Below, piece after piece: positions 61,475-64,000 of a stretch of DNA of 64,000 bases (position 1 is its first letter; the number at the start of each line of letters is the position of its first letter). The notes under the pieces were generated by a model. That model did not search any database. It saw nothing but the letters and a program-made list of their open reading frames with translations, and was not told the origin of the DNA. The position numbers and the translations under genes are program-made. The DNA is from Psammoneis japonica (lineage: Eukaryota), in assembly GCA_008632985.1 (NCBI GenBank), contig QPGO01000050.1, positions 310,001 through 374,000 on the forward strand. Reading direction: 5' to 3'.

Positions 61475-62219
61475 TCATGAAGTGTTCAGCTGGTAACGTG
61501 CAATAGACGCGGGATCCCAACCATGAGAAGCACCTTCATGAAACGATAAAATATAACGCATCGTTTCATGTTTGTCGACTGTAAGAGCAGACCTGTCTAC
61601 TTTCGGCCGAGTTATCCATTTCCTCAGCGTTCTATCAAAGACGTACTCATCTTCTGGCTCCGGTGACCGTAGATGCGACGCTGCTTGTCTCGCCCTCAAG
61701 AACCCGAGCAAAGCCGTAGTTTTGCAGCAACAGCAATAACAACACGAGCCAATCAGAAACTCGAAGACGGCACCGCAGTCGAAGTTCACCTATTCTCACA
61801 ACGGCATTCCCAAGCTTCAGAGGCAAGCATTTCAAGCCAAGCATAATAGCTGTGTATCGTTTCAAGCCCGTACACGAGTCACGTTGGTCGTGCTTCCTCT
61901 TGAATGGGACGCGCCAAGCTTCCAACTGCAAGCTAAGTTGACTTATGCCAGGGAAAGTAGCAAAGTGTTGATATATTTCGACTTACTTTGGTTCTTCAGA
62001 TTGACATTCGGAGCACTTTGGCTTCGATGATGATGGTGGTTCAGTAGGTTTGTTACGACCGTGTTGATATTGTCGACGAGGACGACCACGACGGGAGTGT
62101 TTGTTATTAGGGTGACTGTGACGACGTTTTCTTTGTTTCTTTTGGTTTTGCAGAGACGCTTGGTGCGGAGCTGGTGGTTTCGTAGCTTCGGACATGGTTT
62201 GTGGGTAGCGGGTGGTCAT
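61475..62219 (-). pseudogene. Possible zf-HIT-like gene, downstream part degraded
   Basis: Basic N-terminus then KCSECQSEEPK followed by a gtaagt donor (~61986); the next exon does not restore the Cys pattern. Confidence 0.3.
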
Positions 62220-63638
62220 TCTATTCTAGTAAACGTGTATTGTACGTTATCCCAACAACGCGTTCACACAGTTAGTTGCCCCACGAGTATCCATGTCGGT
62301 CTTGCGTGCTTTGATCTTTCACACCTTGTACTTTCACCTTAGCAGTGGTGCTTTCTGCACCGCCATTTTGGGTGTTTTGGAGTGTGTCGACCTTGCGTTT
62401 TGCCCTGTGGTCTGTGGTACTTGCACGCCGCTGGCCCATCGCGCGTGATAATCGCCGTAATGCGGCGCATGGTAACCAAGCTGAACGCAACTTGCTTCAC
62501 AAAGGATGTTGTCTACAAACGAGCCTCTCGTTCCTCCTAACCGATATAAGTTGACGGCCTATGAAAGCTGGTTTCGCTTCTAACGGAGATTCTCAAAGGA
62601 GACTGGGGTTAGCCTAGGCGGGAACAGAGCGGCCGCGCCTCGAAGTGCAATTTCTTTCGACCTACAAACTTCCTGGATTCCATGACGACAGTCGAGCAAT
62701 TGTTTGTGCTCGTACCAGTACTGTAGTATACTACTTTGAACTTTTGTCTCAATCTCGTCGCGCTTCTTGGCCCCAATGTCGTTAACCAAAATTGCGAAAA
62801 CGAGGCCTCCTTTTCCGTGAAGCTCTCGTAAGCCTCGTCGTGCGATTGGGTCTTCATTTTTGGATGAGTTCATGGATCCAATGATTTTGATAGTAACAAA
62901 TAATACTATCAGGCATTTTCTGACAATCAGTCTCCTACTTCTTTCGCTGTTCTTCGTTCAAGCGCAGCACGACGATTCCAATCGACCCAACCATAGAGGT
63001 TGTGTATCCTTCTCTCATCTGCCGCTGTTTAAATAGAACTTGTTGGTGTCGGAAGAGACTCTTGTCAGGGTCTCTCATTCCTTTAGTGCTGGGGGAATGA
63101 CGCCAAGCAGGGCAAGCTCAATGCACATCTCCCGGGCAATGCATGTTAGCCATCCAGGGAGTTCCCGTGCCAAACTCCTACTCCCCTACGCGGATGAAAG
63201 CATCACTCTCCGTGGTCGCTTTGAGCGCGACATACCGGATCAATTTCCGATTCCTTGCGCCTCGGTTAACGACATTGTTGCTATATTGGAGCACTTCTCG
63301 CCTCTGAGACGACGTACAGATTCAATTCGCCAACGCCACCTTCTCGTGTCAACGACGCCACTGTGTCTTTCCTGGATAAAAAGTGTGAATTCCTCTTCTG
63401 GTTGAACCTACTAGAGGTCATCTGATCTCTGACCTTTCCACATCTAAGCAAATATCTCGACTGCACTGCTGTCCATGGAGAGACACCAGCTTTCGTTCCT
63501 GTTTGTTCTGTCCGGGAGAGCTCTTGATGTAGATCAACTCACACAGCACTCTGAAGTTGTGTCACGTAATGGCTGGTTTCGTTCGATTTGCCACTCAATA
63601 GGTCTATTCAAACTTTCTATGCTGCCACGATCATGCCA

Positions 63639-64000
63639 TCAACAGTATCGCTCGCTGAATGAGGTGACAACTGAGAATTCTTTGTAAATTCGAACCGATA
63701 TGCGGCAGAAGTCATCCTTCACGACTACACCTTCGCGAGGGCCTGTCCATCTTGCATGCCCAGGAGCTGGGTATGGGTCAGGTGCTACTGTTGTTACAAA
63801 TTCAACGCCCCTTTCGCCTTCTGGAAGTGGCCCTACGTACGCCTGCACTTGAGGAATGTCAGATCCCCAGCGAGCGCGACCCCATATTTCTTGCGACTTC
63901 ATCTGGAGCTCAGCCACATCACTTGACTGGGTCAGCGACTGGAGACGATGAAACGGCCCATACTCAATCCGAATCTGGGGTGACTCGGTTCCTCCGTCTG
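63639..64000 (-). CDS. 3' end of a gene with a bacterial-like small domain (open to the window edge)
   Basis: Frame stays open to 64000: IEYGPFHRLQSLTQSSDVAELQMKSQEIWGRARWGSDIPQVQAYVGPLPEGERGVEFVTTVAPD. Confidence 0.7.
   Translation of the reverse strand, partial: DGGTESPQIRIEYGPFHRLQSLTQSSDVAELQMKSQEIWGRARWGSDIPQVQAYVGPLPEGERGVEFVTTVAPDPYPAPGHARWTGPREGVVVKDDFCRISVRIYKEFSVVTSFSERYC

Overview
Eukaryotic nuclear DNA, most likely a pennate diatom. This is inferred from short GT-AG introns, signal-peptide + 'AF/SFAP' plastid-targeting N-termini, LPA1, and a CoDi-type copia LTR element. The window is a mosaic of three kinds of sequence. (1) Apparently intact genes: FNR-family oxidoreductase, UbiA prenyltransferase, RPL35, B-lectin protein, RRM protein, FSH1 hydrolase, thioredoxin, LPA1. 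(2) Frameshifted or decayed genes: ALKBH7, ankyrin-methyltransferase, HPP, LRR, a long cytoplasmic dynein heavy chain relic, CLC channel. (3) Five repeat/TE blocks (~1-5.3, 28.7-33.9, 43.7-49.9, 53.5-55.1, 56.7-58.7 kb) that are almost free of TpA and enriched in TpG/CpA. Comparing copies inside the window (a 410-bp tandem array and the two LTRs of one retroelement) shows homologous sites reading TA, TG or CA. This points to a repeat-targeted, RIP-like TpA->TpG/CpA (A:T->G:C) hypermutation process, opposite in direction to fungal RIP, and is the main candidate for an undescribed system. All family calls are from motif recognition by eye; no searches were run.
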